Shown in pieces: positions 9,886 through 21,135 of a DNA stretch of 64,000 nucleotides. The stretch lies in IMG/VR virus record IMGVR_UViG_3300029288_000079, positions 117,734 to 181,733 of that record; one strand, written 5' to 3'. Position 1 is the stretch's first letter. Each line of letters opens with the position of its first letter. The notes beneath the pieces were generated by a model. That model searched no databases and was not told the DNA's origin. It worked only from the letters and a program-made list of their open reading frames with translations. The position numbers were made by a program, and so were the translations under genes. Source of the stretch: a virus. Taxonomy: Duplodnaviria > Caudoviricetes.

Positions 9886-12800
9886 TTATTCTTCAAATTT
9901 TAAACCACCCGATACTTCTGCTTTAGGAGTTTTACCATTATTACCATACCCATAGTCAATACCAAATTCTAAACCCTTACTTGGTCTATATCTTTGCTCA
10001 GGATATACTGAAGGATGTCTGCATTCTGCACATAGACCTGAAGGATTACCCATCGTATTTCTACCACATTCTCGACATTCATGACTTAATGGAAGATTCA
10101 TCTCTCTAGCTGAATGAAGCCCCCCTAATCTTTCCATTATACTATCTTCAAAAAAGTTTAGTGAACTTTCTGCTGATAAATACTGTAGCATCTTATTTAT
10201 TTTTTCTATTCTCTCAATATTACCCTCGGACTTAGCTTGTGCTAATTCATCTAAATATTCATCCATAAGATGTTGCTTGTGACGCTCCAAAGATTGAGGA
10301 GACATTTGTTGATTATCAAATTTCAAATCATCATACTTTTTACGAGGATCATTATCGGCCAATCCAAGATCAGGAGTATCTAAAGTTTCCTCCCCCATAT
10401 TAGGAGACCCTGCAGGAGCCAATTCATTTAAATCTGACTCATCAAATCCAAGGTCATCAATCTCATCTTTAGGATACTTTGTCTGGGATTTCAAAGCCTC
10501 TGGTAGAACAATGCTAACTACATTCTTGATCATACCAATAGCCGTCTCATCCAATGTAAGACCTTTCAAAATTCTTACTATTGCTGCATTAAAAGCCTCT
10601 GGAGACTTTAATAAAAGATCAGAGTTTTGCTTTACATGTTCTACTATTGTAATTATAGATTTCACATAGTTTATGATTGGAAGATCCATTGGAATTTTAG
10701 AAACCTGTTCCATTTCTTCAGCCAATTTTTGAACTTCTTCAGGTTTAAGATTAAATTCCTCTTGACGTTTTGTTATACCACTAGCTATCAGCATATTTTT
10801 AGGGGCATCTTTAAGATATGGATAATCATTCAATTGCCGATCCACATATCTTAAAACCTTATCTTTATAAACAGAACCATACACATCCCCCGAAAATTTA
10901 AGATCGGTAGAGCTATAAAGCTGTCTTGTAGAATACTTGTCACTAAAATCTTTACAAGAAGATATAAAATATTTTCCGGGAGCTGTACTCAATTGATAAA
11001 CCACAACTATCTGACTATCTACTAATTTTTCCGTTATAATAGTCATAGTGCCCAATGATTTCTTAAACTTAGTAAGCTTATTCAGATCTGTTACAGTAGC
11101 CACCGAATTAGGATCCTGTTTATCAGAACATTTAACTCCTTTACGCAAATCTAACTTATAAGGTAATAGATCTATAGCATACCATGTTTTTGGATAGTTT
11201 TGCTTAGTAGTATTACTCCAAATGTCACTACCTGTATCTGGAGTAATATCCATCGCCGGATGAAAAGGAACTCCACCAAGTCTTAATGCAGCATAGTCAT
11301 AATAAGGCCTGCGATCCTTATCATTATTTTCTTTCATGCAATCTTCAAATGTAGGCACCCAAACCTCATCAACCCCTCCATGCTCAATAGCCCTTTTAAT
11401 TATCTCAAGCATAACCATTTCAGGCCAGTCTCTAAAATAATTACGAAAAGCTACTATAGCTTTCAATGCATATATATCTTGGCTCATCTCTGAATTAAAG
11501 CTGACATTATTACCGTTCAATTTAACATAACCACTCTTTGATAACTTATTAAAGGTATCTATAGTGAATCCTGAAGATCCATCTAAAACATCTTGTATAG
11601 GCACTGATTTATTCATATCTCCTTTAAGGATATCATAAAGTTTTGATATAGCTAATGTCTCAGGAGCTTTTAACTCAAATGGAATATTTTTACCTTTTAC
11701 CATATGTTTAAAATAGTTATCACCTCTACCTGCAGCTTGCTGTAAAGCATCGCTTTGATTCTCCACATCTAACCATACATTACGTTTTTGAGTGGACCCC
11801 TCAACCCCACTATTATCAACTATATAAGTAGGCCTTACTCTAGCCGAAGCAAAAGCGTTCATCCAGTGTGTATTATGTGGCATCCCCTCAGTAAAATTTC
11901 TATTTTTTAAGGTATGGGGAGATGTTAAGTCTATCATATCTACAATACTCTTAACTTCCTGAGGCAATCCATTAGGATTGGGTTCCAAAATAATACCAAA
12001 TGTATTGGGATATTTTGAGCCAGCTTCACCTCCCGGAGGATTTCTCCTGCCTAAAGTAATGTCATCTATACGACTCCCATGAGGAAATTGACTTATATCT
12101 CTTAATTGTTGCTGAAGTAGTACAGAATCACCTGCTTTACTATCATACTGTGAATTTAATAATATTGCATATATCTGAGATATCTGCTGTGCATCTAATT
12201 GATCATTGGGAAATTGTATTATAATGTTTCTTAAATTATATGCATCTGCAGGTAAAGCATCTAGTAATGCCTGCTTGGACATTGTCCCCCTACCCGAATG
12301 CTGTTGAAACACTTCTTGAAGTTTCTGTTCTTGCTGAGTTTGTTGCTCGATCTCCATCTGTTCTTTTGAAGGTTTGTTTTCCTTTGGCCCAGATATCATA
12401 CCTATAATCTTGCCCATTGATTGAGCTAGCCCCATTGTAGCTAACTCACCACTCTTATTCATTTGTATGATGATACCTTTTGCCTCAGGAAGAGTAAGCC
12501 ATTCAGCTTTCTGACCTGACTGAAGTAAATTCTCTAGATCTTGTTTAATAATTGATTTATCATCAGGTATTGCAGGCATCTCTTCAGAAAATCTCAAACT
12601 ACTAGTAGTTTCTTGTGTATATTCCCATATATCATTTTCTGCTTTAATTTTTAAACTATCAAAATCAATATTCTTATTAACCTGTTCAGCAGCTCTTTTA
12701 GCATATTTTATAGCATAAGCAGCAGCATCAGCATAAGCAGCATCAGTAGCATCAATAGCAGCATTAGCAGCATAATAAGCAGCAGCATTAGCAACATAAG

Positions 12801-14532
12801 CAGCAGCATCAATAGCAGCATCATAAGCAGCATCAGCAGCAGCAGTAGCAGCATAACCAGCAGAATAAGCTTTATTTCTATTTTCTTTACTAGGATTCTT
12901 AAGACAAGCTTTTGCTGCCTCTATTGCTGCTCTAGGTCTGCTATCATTAGGATATTGCTCTTCATAAATACTTAATACAGCTTCCACACAGTATATAGCA
13001 TAAAGTAAATTTACTTTTTTAGGATCTACTTCTATAGGTTTAATATCCCAGGAGAGATTAAGATCCAAAGAAGATAATTTCCTATTTTTATGCGTAAGAA
13101 AACCATGTAAATGCTGTAATAAAGGATCGGCTAATTTACGTTCTGCAGGTGTTAGGGGTAGAGAATTATATTGTTTACGCTTCATACCTCCGATAACTAA
13201 TGCATTAAAATCATCTGTATTATATATAGCCTTCTGAATTACTAATCCAATAGGTTTTCCCAAATTTTCACTAAAGTCTACATCTTCAGAATTATAACCA
13301 CCTGAACCAGTAAAGTCTGTACCCTCAACCACATTTCTAGTAAACTTTTTAACATCTAATTGACATCTAGAAAATGAAGAATTTGTAAGATTATTTTGTG
13401 ATATAGTACCTTCACTGAATATGCTACCAGTAAAGTTAACTTCTGTAGCCTTACTACCTGTAATAGTAATATTATTAAATTTACATTTAATCAATTTAGT
13501 TCCGGCTGGAATCTCTGTGTTACTTAATGCCTTACTTAGATATTGAGTACCTTTCTCATTGAGCAATACTCTATTAACAATTGTAGAAACAGGTGATAGT
13601 GATTTAGATTTTTTAAATAATAAATCTCGTAATATTTTTATAATAACCTTGTCATCCATAGAGTCAAACATAATACCTGTAGTAGCTGGATCTATGCTAT
13701 TAATAAGTTTACTCATGCTTTGCCTTAAAACAAAATCTATCTCCTTATGATCAGTTATATTATTTGTTTTCAATAGTTCTGTAAGGAATTTACGAATATC
13801 ATTCTTACCCAAAATATTTCCTGGACCGAACTCAGACAATAAAGATCCTTTAACATCATCAAATCCTGCACCAAGAAAGCTCCTGGTAATGTCTATAACA
13901 TTCTCATTGGGTATTAATATATCTCGTAGCTTCGTATGTCGAGAAAATTTAATAGCTCTTACCATACAATTAGCAATAACATTATCTATACTACTTGCTA
14001 ATTTATCACTATATTCATAATTTGGTTCAACATTATTACCATAAGGCTGAACTATTTTGTTATTAATTATAGACCAAACCTCGGCCAATAACATAGGAAA
14101 CTCTTTTTTATGCACTCCATTCTCTAAATCATCATATACTTCTGCATATTCCGGATGACTCTCTTTGAAATGTTCCCAATAAGGCATTATGGCTTGTACA
14201 GCTTTTATAGGGTTCTTAAACTTAGTCATTAATTCTTTATGAGGCTGAGAATAATCTGTAGTAAAGTTGTTATGTTGCCCCCCTTGAATACCTTCTTTAG
14301 CATCTTTAGTTAAACTAAAAGTAACATTATCAATAGTATAGAGATAACCTTTCATAATCATATCATCTATTATTCTATTAAATTGCAATATAGATGCTGT
14401 AGACTTTGCTGTTACTCCTAGCTGCTCTTTAACACTATTAAACATACTTTGTTTTGTTACAGGAATAGTTTCATTCTGTAATTGCTGAATAACTATTGGA
14501 GCAATTTGAGAAATAGTAAATGCCTTATTCAT
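9886..14532 (-). CDS. Large modular protein (1548 aa) with pentapeptide-like segment and cassette copy C
   Basis: Long ORF coupled to neighbours; NLTNSSFSRC/VEGTDFTGS pentapeptide-like stretch; embedded cassette. Confidence 0.75.
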   Translation of the reverse strand: MNKAFTISQIAPIVIQQLQNETIPVTKQSMFNSVKEQLGVTAKSTASILQFNRIIDDMIMKGYLYTIDNVTFSLTKDAKEGIQGGQHNNFTTDYSQPHKELMTKFKNPIKAVQAIMPYWEHFKESHPEYAEVYDDLENGVHKKEFPMLLAEVWSIINNKIVQPYGNNVEPNYEYSDKLASSIDNVIANCMVRAIKFSRHTKLRDILIPNENVIDITRSFLGAGFDDVKGSLLSEFGPGNILGKNDIRKFLTELLKTNNITDHKEIDFVLRQSMSKLINSIDPATTGIMFDSMDDKVIIKILRDLLFKKSKSLSPVSTIVNRVLLNEKGTQYLSKALSNTEIPAGTKLIKCKFNNITITGSKATEVNFTGSIFSEGTISQNNLTNSSFSRCQLDVKKFTRNVVEGTDFTGSGGYNSEDVDFSENLGKPIGLVIQKAIYNTDDFNALVIGGMKRKQYNSLPLTPAERKLADPLLQHLHGFLTHKNRKLSSLDLNLSWDIKPIEVDPKKVNLLYAIYCVEAVLSIYEEQYPNDSRPRAAIEAAKACLKNPSKENRNKAYSAGYAATAAADAAYDAAIDAAAYVANAAAYYAANAAIDATDAAYADAAAYAIKYAKRAAEQVNKNIDFDSLKIKAENDIWEYTQETTSSLRFSEEMPAIPDDKSIIKQDLENLLQSGQKAEWLTLPEAKGIIIQMNKSGELATMGLAQSMGKIIGMISGPKENKPSKEQMEIEQQTQQEQKLQEVFQQHSGRGTMSKQALLDALPADAYNLRNIIIQFPNDQLDAQQISQIYAILLNSQYDSKAGDSVLLQQQLRDISQFPHGSRIDDITLGRRNPPGGEAGSKYPNTFGIILEPNPNGLPQEVKSIVDMIDLTSPHTLKNRNFTEGMPHNTHWMNAFASARVRPTYIVDNSGVEGSTQKRNVWLDVENQSDALQQAAGRGDNYFKHMVKGKNIPFELKAPETLAISKLYDILKGDMNKSVPIQDVLDGSSGFTIDTFNKLSKSGYVKLNGNNVSFNSEMSQDIYALKAIVAFRNYFRDWPEMVMLEIIKRAIEHGGVDEVWVPTFEDCMKENNDKDRRPYYDYAALRLGGVPFHPAMDITPDTGSDIWSNTTKQNYPKTWYAIDLLPYKLDLRKGVKCSDKQDPNSVATVTDLNKLTKFKKSLGTMTIITEKLVDSQIVVVYQLSTAPGKYFISSCKDFSDKYSTRQLYSSTDLKFSGDVYGSVYKDKVLRYVDRQLNDYPYLKDAPKNMLIASGITKRQEEFNLKPEEVQKLAEEMEQVSKIPMDLPIINYVKSIITIVEHVKQNSDLLLKSPEAFNAAIVRILKGLTLDETAIGMIKNVVSIVLPEALKSQTKYPKDEIDDLGFDESDLNELAPAGSPNMGEETLDTPDLGLADNDPRKKYDDLKFDNQQMSPQSLERHKQHLMDEYLDELAQAKSEGNIERIEKINKMLQYLSAESSLNFFEDSIMERLGGLHSAREMNLPLSHECRECGRNTMGNPSGLCAECRHPSVYPEQRYRPSKGLEFGIDYGYGNNGKTPKAEVSGGLKFEE
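12589..13056 (-). repeat. Cassette copy C
   Basis: Near-identical DNA to the other copies. Confidence 0.95.
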
Positions 14533-14547
14533 ATTAACCTCTGTAAA

Positions 14548-15987
14548 TTATTTTCTACTTTTATAGTATATATCTCTAGACTCATGGGGTAATGCCGTAT
14601 CTTTTAATTTATTATAAAATGTCATAAACTTTTGTATACAATGCTTAACTTGTGGTACTATAGCTCGTGATTCTTTATTATGAGAATCATATGCTCCAGT
14701 ACCAAAATTAAAAGCCTTAACCCCAAGATGTTCCATATGTGCGATATCACTATAGCTACCCTTACCTACATGAATACCACTATCTTCTAATAGTTTTTTA
14801 GATTCTTCATCTTCGTATTGATACATCACTGCATCTGTTCCTGCACGATCAAACTCAAATATCCATTTATAGGGTTTTAGAGGTACAAAGTGTTTTGCGG
14901 TAGAATTCCCTGATTCTTCATTCTCCGTTAATAGGATATCTGCCTTGACCCCTAACTTAGGCAATACATCTAATATAATATAAGCCCCTAACCTGTCATC
15001 AAGCTGAGCATTATGAATCAATTCCTCTTCGTCATGTTGCAAAGTATAATAATGCTGATTATCTTGAACAGTATCCAAATGTGCCACAGCCAATATACTA
15101 GCCCCCCTATCAATAAAGATATATATACCATCCTCAGTATCCGTAACTTCACCATATTTTTTAAAATCTTCTATATTAGATAGAGCTATAGTCTTTAAAT
15201 CATCATGATTAATCTCAGGTTGTGGCTCTGTATTGTTAAACTCCATGTTAGTATTAGGAGCTCCAATATGTATCTTGTTGTCAAATAATTGAAACTTCTC
15301 TGGATTTTTCTCAGCTAATGACTTTACAAATTCAACAAGCTGATCATTTCTAAAACTCATATACTTAAATACATAATCTTTTAAAATATTTGCAATAGAA
15401 TTTATAGAAAATGTAGTACCACTATAATATTTTATAAGCCAATCAATAGCTTTTTGTTCATCTATCTTGTCTTCATGTGGTACATAAGTTTGACCTCTAC
15501 CAAACCCCCTACCCGAGTTCTGATACTTATATTTAGGTAATCTTTTAGGTTGAGTAGGAACTCTATTAATATACTTCTCTTTATCATACCCTGGCATCCA
15601 GTCAGAACCCTTATCTATAAAATTTGCTACTTCCTCTTCTAAAATAACATAAAGATTTCCATAAACAATATTATAATCTATATTATATACTTTTGATATA
15701 TTATTTATAACATATATCATAGTTTCATCAAATAAATCTATCTTTGCCCAATCATTCAATTCTTCTGTAGGAATATTATATTGTTCCAAAAAATATTGAA
15801 TAATATTACGCCACATCCTTACAGATTTAGGGTTTGAGTATAAATAATCATCTTTAGTCTTTTCAGACTGCTGAACGGGTTGTTGAGAGGGACCCCATTC
15901 TTTCCAAATAAACTCTTTTGAAAATTCCTGTCCTATAGGAAATTCTTTATCTATATCATCACTAATATCTATACTATAATCTACCAT
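14548..15987 (-). CDS. Protein with C-terminal M28/M20-like Zn peptidase domain
   Basis: Metal-ligand motifs AHLDTV, LDDRLG, ENEESG, EFDRAG, YSDI and a distal His. Confidence 0.7.
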   Translation of the reverse strand: MVDYSIDISDDIDKEFPIGQEFSKEFIWKEWGPSQQPVQQSEKTKDDYLYSNPKSVRMWRNIIQYFLEQYNIPTEELNDWAKIDLFDETMIYVINNISKVYNIDYNIVYGNLYVILEEEVANFIDKGSDWMPGYDKEKYINRVPTQPKRLPKYKYQNSGRGFGRGQTYVPHEDKIDEQKAIDWLIKYYSGTTFSINSIANILKDYVFKYMSFRNDQLVEFVKSLAEKNPEKFQLFDNKIHIGAPNTNMEFNNTEPQPEINHDDLKTIALSNIEDFKKYGEVTDTEDGIYIFIDRGASILAVAHLDTVQDNQHYYTLQHDEEELIHNAQLDDRLGAYIILDVLPKLGVKADILLTENEESGNSTAKHFVPLKPYKWIFEFDRAGTDAVMYQYEDEESKKLLEDSGIHVGKGSYSDIAHMEHLGVKAFNFGTGAYDSHNKESRAIVPQVKHCIQKFMTFYNKLKDTALPHESRDIYYKSRK

Positions 15988-15988
15988 C

Positions 15989-18622
15989 TTATTTCCTAAT
16001 CAATAAAGTAAAATCATTGTCTTCTGGATGATCTAATAATTCAATCTTAGCATCCAAAGCCTTTTCCAACATATCCACAACTCTATTAGGATTGTCATAA
16101 TGCAAACCACCACCAATATAATTCATGTGTTCATGTAGAAAATTTACTCCTATACCAAGCTTGCAAGAGTTCAAAATGCTCTTAAGAATCTCGATAACAT
16201 GATCATCCCAATTATTATGATCATTGGCAAATATTCCGCTAGCTATACCATAATCAAATATATCTGTATCAAAAGGATCTATTCTCACATTACGTAATTC
16301 AAAGAATTCTTCAGGATGCTGCTTCCTAGCTTCATCTAGCATCTTCTCTGATAGATCTATACCTACGTATCTTTCAGGTATTTGACCATGTTCTTTTATA
16401 AAATCTAAAAAAGAACCAAAACCACAACCAATGTCTAATATCTTCTTATCCGTAAAGTCACCAAGCTTCAATAGTTCAGTGAATCTAAATTCTTGTACCT
16501 CAGGACTACTCCATACTACATTTGTTGAGGGCCCCAATCTTTGCAATCTATTTTCATGCTGAGTGACGTAATCCTTTTCAGATTTATCAAATGCATCCAA
16601 CAAATTAGGATCCAAAGTTGCTGCAGTCTTTTCAAACCCCTTTAGTTTTAATACATATTGTAGTATAACATTCAACATGGCCACCACTGCCTCGGGATTC
16701 TTCTTTAATAACTCAGGTGTACCATACAAATCTACCTCTAAATCATCTGGATGAACATACCCAGGAATAGATGGATCTATTCCATATGGCCTATTAGTAA
16801 ATACAAACTCAATGTTATTCATACCCTGAAGAATCTCGGGATGACGATTAAATAGGTCCTGATGCTGTTCTCTGAATTTAAATCTTATATCTTGAGGTAT
16901 AGATTCATAACTAACTCTATTATCATCCAAATCAAATGCTTGCTTCGATTCAATTAATTCCAGATCTTCTCTTGTAAATAGCCCTAAATCACCCACAACA
17001 TAAATAACTTTATCTTTAAAGTATTTCCAATCTACATCATAAAATTCAAATTCATTATCTATCCCAAATACATCTTTTACATATTTAGATGATTCTGGTG
17101 AAATAATAAAGTCCACAGATCCTGTGCAATCAACACTATAAGAAATACCTGCATTACCTACATTAGATACAATCTTGACTACATCTCCAACTTTAATCTC
17201 TTCCTGTTCTGGTAAGTCCCATGATTGTTTTTTACTAACTAAATCAAGGTCAGATTCTAGATAGTAATGTAAATCTTCACCCTTAGGTATACTTTCTACT
17301 CCATAAACATTTTCATCTGTTCTATTTATTACTACAATACCTATATCACCTTTTCCTGTATTATGGGCAGGAATTTTAGATATAATTATACCTTTGTCTA
17401 CAAATTGCATATTATCCCAAATCGTACCAAAATAATCCTTTGATTTAATAATACCACCAGAATTAAATATACAACATTTACTATGATGGGTTACAATATC
17501 TTCAACTTCTAATTCTATATTAGGTATATCCCAGCCCAATGCAGCACGTTTAGATATTAATCTATTCAATATACCTTTTTCATCTCGACCCCCATTAACC
17601 AATGCATCTATCTGCCAATCCAATTCCTCTATTAGTGAACTTTTCTTTAGATCATCCTCTATAGAACTCATTAATTCATCAAACTCTTTCTTTCTATCTT
17701 TAGGGCACCACATTCTACCATTTCTTTTTTTCAACTCAAAAGCAGCACCTATGGACCCAGAAGCTCCCGATGGATCTGGCAATCTAACATATATTTTACC
17801 ATCAATCTCCATTTCATCTGCTAAAGATAATTTTGAAGATACTACTTTACCCTCTCTTAAATATAGTTTCATTGGAAAATCGTTAACATTAAACCCACTA
17901 TTAAAATCTCTTTGAAATTCTGGTTCTGATCTAGACCAGTAACCCCCATTAATAATTGGATCTCCATTAATATCTTTTTTATCTGTTATAGTTAAAGCAT
18001 CTTCTACGTAGTAATAAAAATCCTTTTGAGATCTTTGCCAAACATCTCCTTGTTGTGCAAACTCTAGAAACTCCCCAATATTTTCTGCTATATCTAAAGG
18101 CCATAGTATATCCCAACTTAATTTATCATAATCTTTAGGAACTTCAAAATCCTCAATATTAATAAGTGGAAAAATATCTGAAGGATTGGACCAAGAAGCC
18201 CCTCTCATACCTGGATCTTTATATTTTTCAATAGCTTTATTTACACTCCAAGCCCATGTAGCCCCACCTATCCAATATCTTCCTTTTTTATAAGGTTTAT
18301 CAAATATATATAAATACTGCGTACCCTCTGAATTTTTAGATTTCCAAATTTGCCCAGGTACAGCCATTTCTATTAGTTCATCTATATTATTTGCAATGGG
18401 TTCAGATATGTTCCAACTAAGAAGAGATGGTGGATCTTCAAATCTATTCTCTATTCCTGAATCATGTCCCGCATCATTGTTATCATCATACTGATCATGA
18501 CGTTTATCATAACGTTTAGGATTTGTTCTACGCATCTGTATATCATCAGGAGGGTTTAATCCAGCTCTCTCCTCAGGTGTTTGAATTTCAGATGGGGTGC
18601 TATCGAAATAGGTGTCGCTCAA
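15989..18622 (-). CDS. Modular WDI-motif protein with C-terminal class I SAM methyltransferase
   Basis: 4 motif copies; ILDIGCGFG, YVGIDLS, FDYGIASGIF; TTG start with GGAG SD. Confidence 0.8.
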   Translation of the reverse strand: MSDTYFDSTPSEIQTPEERAGLNPPDDIQMRRTNPKRYDKRHDQYDDNNDAGHDSGIENRFEDPPSLLSWNISEPIANNIDELIEMAVPGQIWKSKNSEGTQYLYIFDKPYKKGRYWIGGATWAWSVNKAIEKYKDPGMRGASWSNPSDIFPLINIEDFEVPKDYDKLSWDILWPLDIAENIGEFLEFAQQGDVWQRSQKDFYYYVEDALTITDKKDINGDPIINGGYWSRSEPEFQRDFNSGFNVNDFPMKLYLREGKVVSSKLSLADEMEIDGKIYVRLPDPSGASGSIGAAFELKKRNGRMWCPKDRKKEFDELMSSIEDDLKKSSLIEELDWQIDALVNGGRDEKGILNRLISKRAALGWDIPNIELEVEDIVTHHSKCCIFNSGGIIKSKDYFGTIWDNMQFVDKGIIISKIPAHNTGKGDIGIVVINRTDENVYGVESIPKGEDLHYYLESDLDLVSKKQSWDLPEQEEIKVGDVVKIVSNVGNAGISYSVDCTGSVDFIISPESSKYVKDVFGIDNEFEFYDVDWKYFKDKVIYVVGDLGLFTREDLELIESKQAFDLDDNRVSYESIPQDIRFKFREQHQDLFNRHPEILQGMNNIEFVFTNRPYGIDPSIPGYVHPDDLEVDLYGTPELLKKNPEAVVAMLNVILQYVLKLKGFEKTAATLDPNLLDAFDKSEKDYVTQHENRLQRLGPSTNVVWSSPEVQEFRFTELLKLGDFTDKKILDIGCGFGSFLDFIKEHGQIPERYVGIDLSEKMLDEARKQHPEEFFELRNVRIDPFDTDIFDYGIASGIFANDHNNWDDHVIEILKSILNSCKLGIGVNFLHEHMNYIGGGLHYDNPNRVVDMLEKALDAKIELLDHPEDNDFTLLIRK

Positions 18623-18635
18623 AGATTCTCCAATC

Positions 18636-18671
18636 TACACCTATATTTGGGTTATTTAAAAATAAAATCAA
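18636..18671 (-). promoter_or_regulatory. Candidate promoter TTGATT-N17-AAATATAGGTGTA
   Basis: Same layout and 13-mer as 22453-22488; lies after a terminator and ahead of the giant-ORF/portal operon. Confidence 0.5.
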
Positions 18672-18796
18672 CTTGGAAGGGTAAAAATAAATATAATTTC
18701 AACATTTACTGAAAGGAGATGTAAAGGGATGTATGCTAAAAATTGTATTCTATTTTTAGTATATTGTCTGGTAAACAATCAATAAGATATAGAATA

Positions 18797-18840
18797 CAAA
18801 AATACAGCACAATTACCTTAAATAAGAAATTGTGCTGTAT
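18797..18840 (-). terminator. Rho-independent terminator
   Basis: 13-bp perfect inverted repeat ATACAGCACAATT/AATTGTGCTGTAT followed by a T-run on the minus strand. Confidence 0.75.
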
Positions 18841-18858
18841 ATATGCAACATATTAAAC

Positions 18859-19188
18859 CTATGTTGTAGGTGTAGCTTGACTGAGATCTGCAACAGTTGC
18901 GGTTGAATTCACAGGTGGTGGGGTATCGATAGGCTTATTATTCAATAATCTACTTATAAAGTCTTCCAGACAACTTCCTCCCTGTTTACCCGCAAGATGA
19001 ACAAAATGAAGGCCCTCATCATTCAATGGCAGAGAGTCCTGCTCACTATATATGCTTTCCCCGATCACAATAACTTTATCACCTGGATTAAAAGCTTGGC
19101 TACATTCCGCACATCTACGTCTATTGCCTTTAATATCTGATATAGTCAAATCCGTAAGTTCTACTACTAAACTACCTTGAAATTTCAT
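18859..19188 (-). CDS. Hypothetical Zn-binding protein
   Basis: CxxC ... H ... C; AGGAG SD. Confidence 0.6.
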   Translation of the reverse strand: MKFQGSLVVELTDLTISDIKGNRRRCAECSQAFNPGDKVIVIGESIYSEQDSLPLNDEGLHFVHLAGKQGGSCLEDFISRLLNNKPIDTPPPVNSTATVADLSQATPTT

Positions 19189-19197
19189 AAATGCTCC

Positions 19198-19989
19198 TTA
19201 TAATAATTTACTTAAGAATTTACCTGCATCAAACACCCAATAAACACCTCCAATAACAGTCTTATCTAAAGGACTATATTCTATCATGTAGTATTTATAG
19301 AATATACCTGCTGTAGGATTGAGTTGTACCAAATTATTTTCTAAATTAAGTCTACCCGTCAGTTCCAGCCTTAATCCAAACGATGGAAGAACTATCTCAT
19401 TATCCACCCCACCTTGCCTAACAGCAATATACAGTGTAGAATCTACCTCACTATTAGAACTGAACTTAACACCAGGTGACTCAGTTGTGGTTCTGAACTT
19501 CCATAGACCATCGGTGTCTCTATATAAACTATTAGATATTGGGATAATATCATATTCCAATGCTAAATTCCACTGAGGCTTTACACCATTAGAGTAATAT
19601 TTTGTATCCCCTTTGAATGATGTTATACCTTGTTTACCATTGAAGGCCACACCACAATATTGACCCAAACTGTCAGTACCATTTGAAGCAATACCTTGAC
19701 CTGATCCTTTGGATGAGTCTATCTTGGCCTGCAACTGCTGAGATGTCAGGATCCAATATCCCTTTTCTTTTTCTAGATGTGATACTTTACTATTCAAGTC
19801 GTTTACTTTAGCTGACAGAACTAAGTTATTACTATCTTTCTGATGCAACTGAGATTCATATGCAGCTGTATTCTGAGTTATAATTGCAGCATTGTTATTA
19901 CGCTCTTTTCTAGCATCAACCAAAAAGTAGAGGCATACACCTAATGCTGCACATAAAGCTACAATTATCCCGTATAGTTTTAAATTCAT
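19198..19989 (-). CDS. Membrane-anchored coiled-coil protein (possible spanin-like lysis accessory)
   Basis: N-terminal TM helix then coiled coil; near the transglycosylase. Confidence 0.45.
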   Translation of the reverse strand: MNLKLYGIIVALCAALGVCLYFLVDARKERNNNAAIITQNTAAYESQLHQKDSNNLVLSAKVNDLNSKVSHLEKEKGYWILTSQQLQAKIDSSKGSGQGIASNGTDSLGQYCGVAFNGKQGITSFKGDTKYYSNGVKPQWNLALEYDIIPISNSLYRDTDGLWKFRTTTESPGVKFSSNSEVDSTLYIAVRQGGVDNEIVLPSFGLRLELTGRLNLENNLVQLNPTAGIFYKYYMIEYSPLDKTVIGGVYWVFDAGKFLSKLL

Positions 19990-20178
19990 ATTAACTCCAA
20001 TTTATTTAGCTCAAACTTAACAATTTCTTGTATTCTATCTGGCCAATCTTTCTCATGATGCCAGGCCCCACATGCACAAGGACCTTCAAACATATCACAT
20101 CTTTCTGTGCAAGCATTTCTTACATTAACTATAGATGGCATTACTATAAAACCATTCATGAATACCCCTTAATAAATT

Positions 20179-20550
20179 TTACTGTTTTTTGTTTTCAAAA
20201 TAAAAAGTATCTTTCAAATTCTCATCTTCTTTATAAATATCAGATACATAAATGAAACTAAATTCTGACCAGTTTCGCAAAGCTTGCCAAAATCTCAAAT
20301 CTGGGTTTGCTTTACAGTATTCTGTGAAACTATTCAATAAATCTTTAGATTTAATCACGTCTCCTATTTGAAGCCCTACCATCATATTTGCATATCCACT
20401 ATCAAACCGAACTAATCCTAAATGTATTAACTCCGCATGTAAATTCCTTAGTGATGAGTCTTTAATTACTCTAAGAGCATCATCACAATTCAAAATATGC
20501 TTATCCATATATCTCTCTTTAAAAGTTATATTTTGAAACAACTTCTCCAA
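20179..20550 (-). CDS. Hypothetical protein
   Basis: ORF track; true start may be internal. Confidence 0.5.
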   Translation of the reverse strand: MEKLFQNITFKERYMDKHILNCDDALRVIKDSSLRNLHAELIHLGLVRFDSGYANMMVGLQIGDVIKSKDLLNSFTEYCKANPDLRFWQALRNWSEFSFIYVSDIYKEDENLKDTFYFENKKQ

Positions 20551-21109
20551 TAGCAGTATAAACCTTTTTTACAAATTCTGGATTATTAATTTTATGATTA
20601 CTTATTGTACCTGCATTATGAGCTGCAATAGCATATTCATTAGTACCATATCTATCTAAGTTCTTCTGGAATATAACTGCTGCCAAATGAGTATTATATC
20701 TTGGAGTCATTAATTTAGCTTCTGTAACACTTTTATCATATAATTTAGCCGTTTCCATTTGAATCATAAACAAACCATAGGACCATCTATTATTTCTGTC
20801 CATAATCTTTCTATGTGCATATTTAAATCTTTCACTTTCATGATATGCAAGACCACAAAAAACTGCAGTCTTTATACTATAAACCTTAGCTGTATCTATT
20901 AACATCTGCATTATTTCTTTTTCTTTTATTTGATAAAACTCTTCCTCCGTCATTTCAATAACATCCATATTTTTATACACAGGAATATCTACTTTATCAA
21001 CAGAATTTCTAAAAAATACTTTATCTCCAATTATACTCCCGGCACCTAAAATTAATAATATTCCTATTGTACCTCCCAAATATCCAAGAATATCTTTAAA
21101 TTTAACCAT
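20519..21109 (-). CDS. Lytic transglycosylase (SLT/lysozyme-like) with N-terminal TM anchor
   Basis: YHES catalytic Glu, SYGLFMI, AIAAHNAG. Confidence 0.8.
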   Translation of the reverse strand: MVKFKDILGYLGGTIGILLILGAGSIIGDKVFFRNSVDKVDIPVYKNMDVIEMTEEEFYQIKEKEIMQMLIDTAKVYSIKTAVFCGLAYHESERFKYAHRKIMDRNNRWSYGLFMIQMETAKLYDKSVTEAKLMTPRYNTHLAAVIFQKNLDRYGTNEYAIAAHNAGTISNHKINNPEFVKKVYTAIGEVVSKYNF

Positions 21110-21135
21110 TGTTTTTCCTTTTTGTTGTTTTTTAA

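Noticed and set aside
14548-15987. Zn peptidase as the WDI-processing protease
   Set aside because: M28/M20-like enzymes are mostly exopeptidases or amidohydrolases; only proximity supports the idea, and no prohead protease is recognisable in the window
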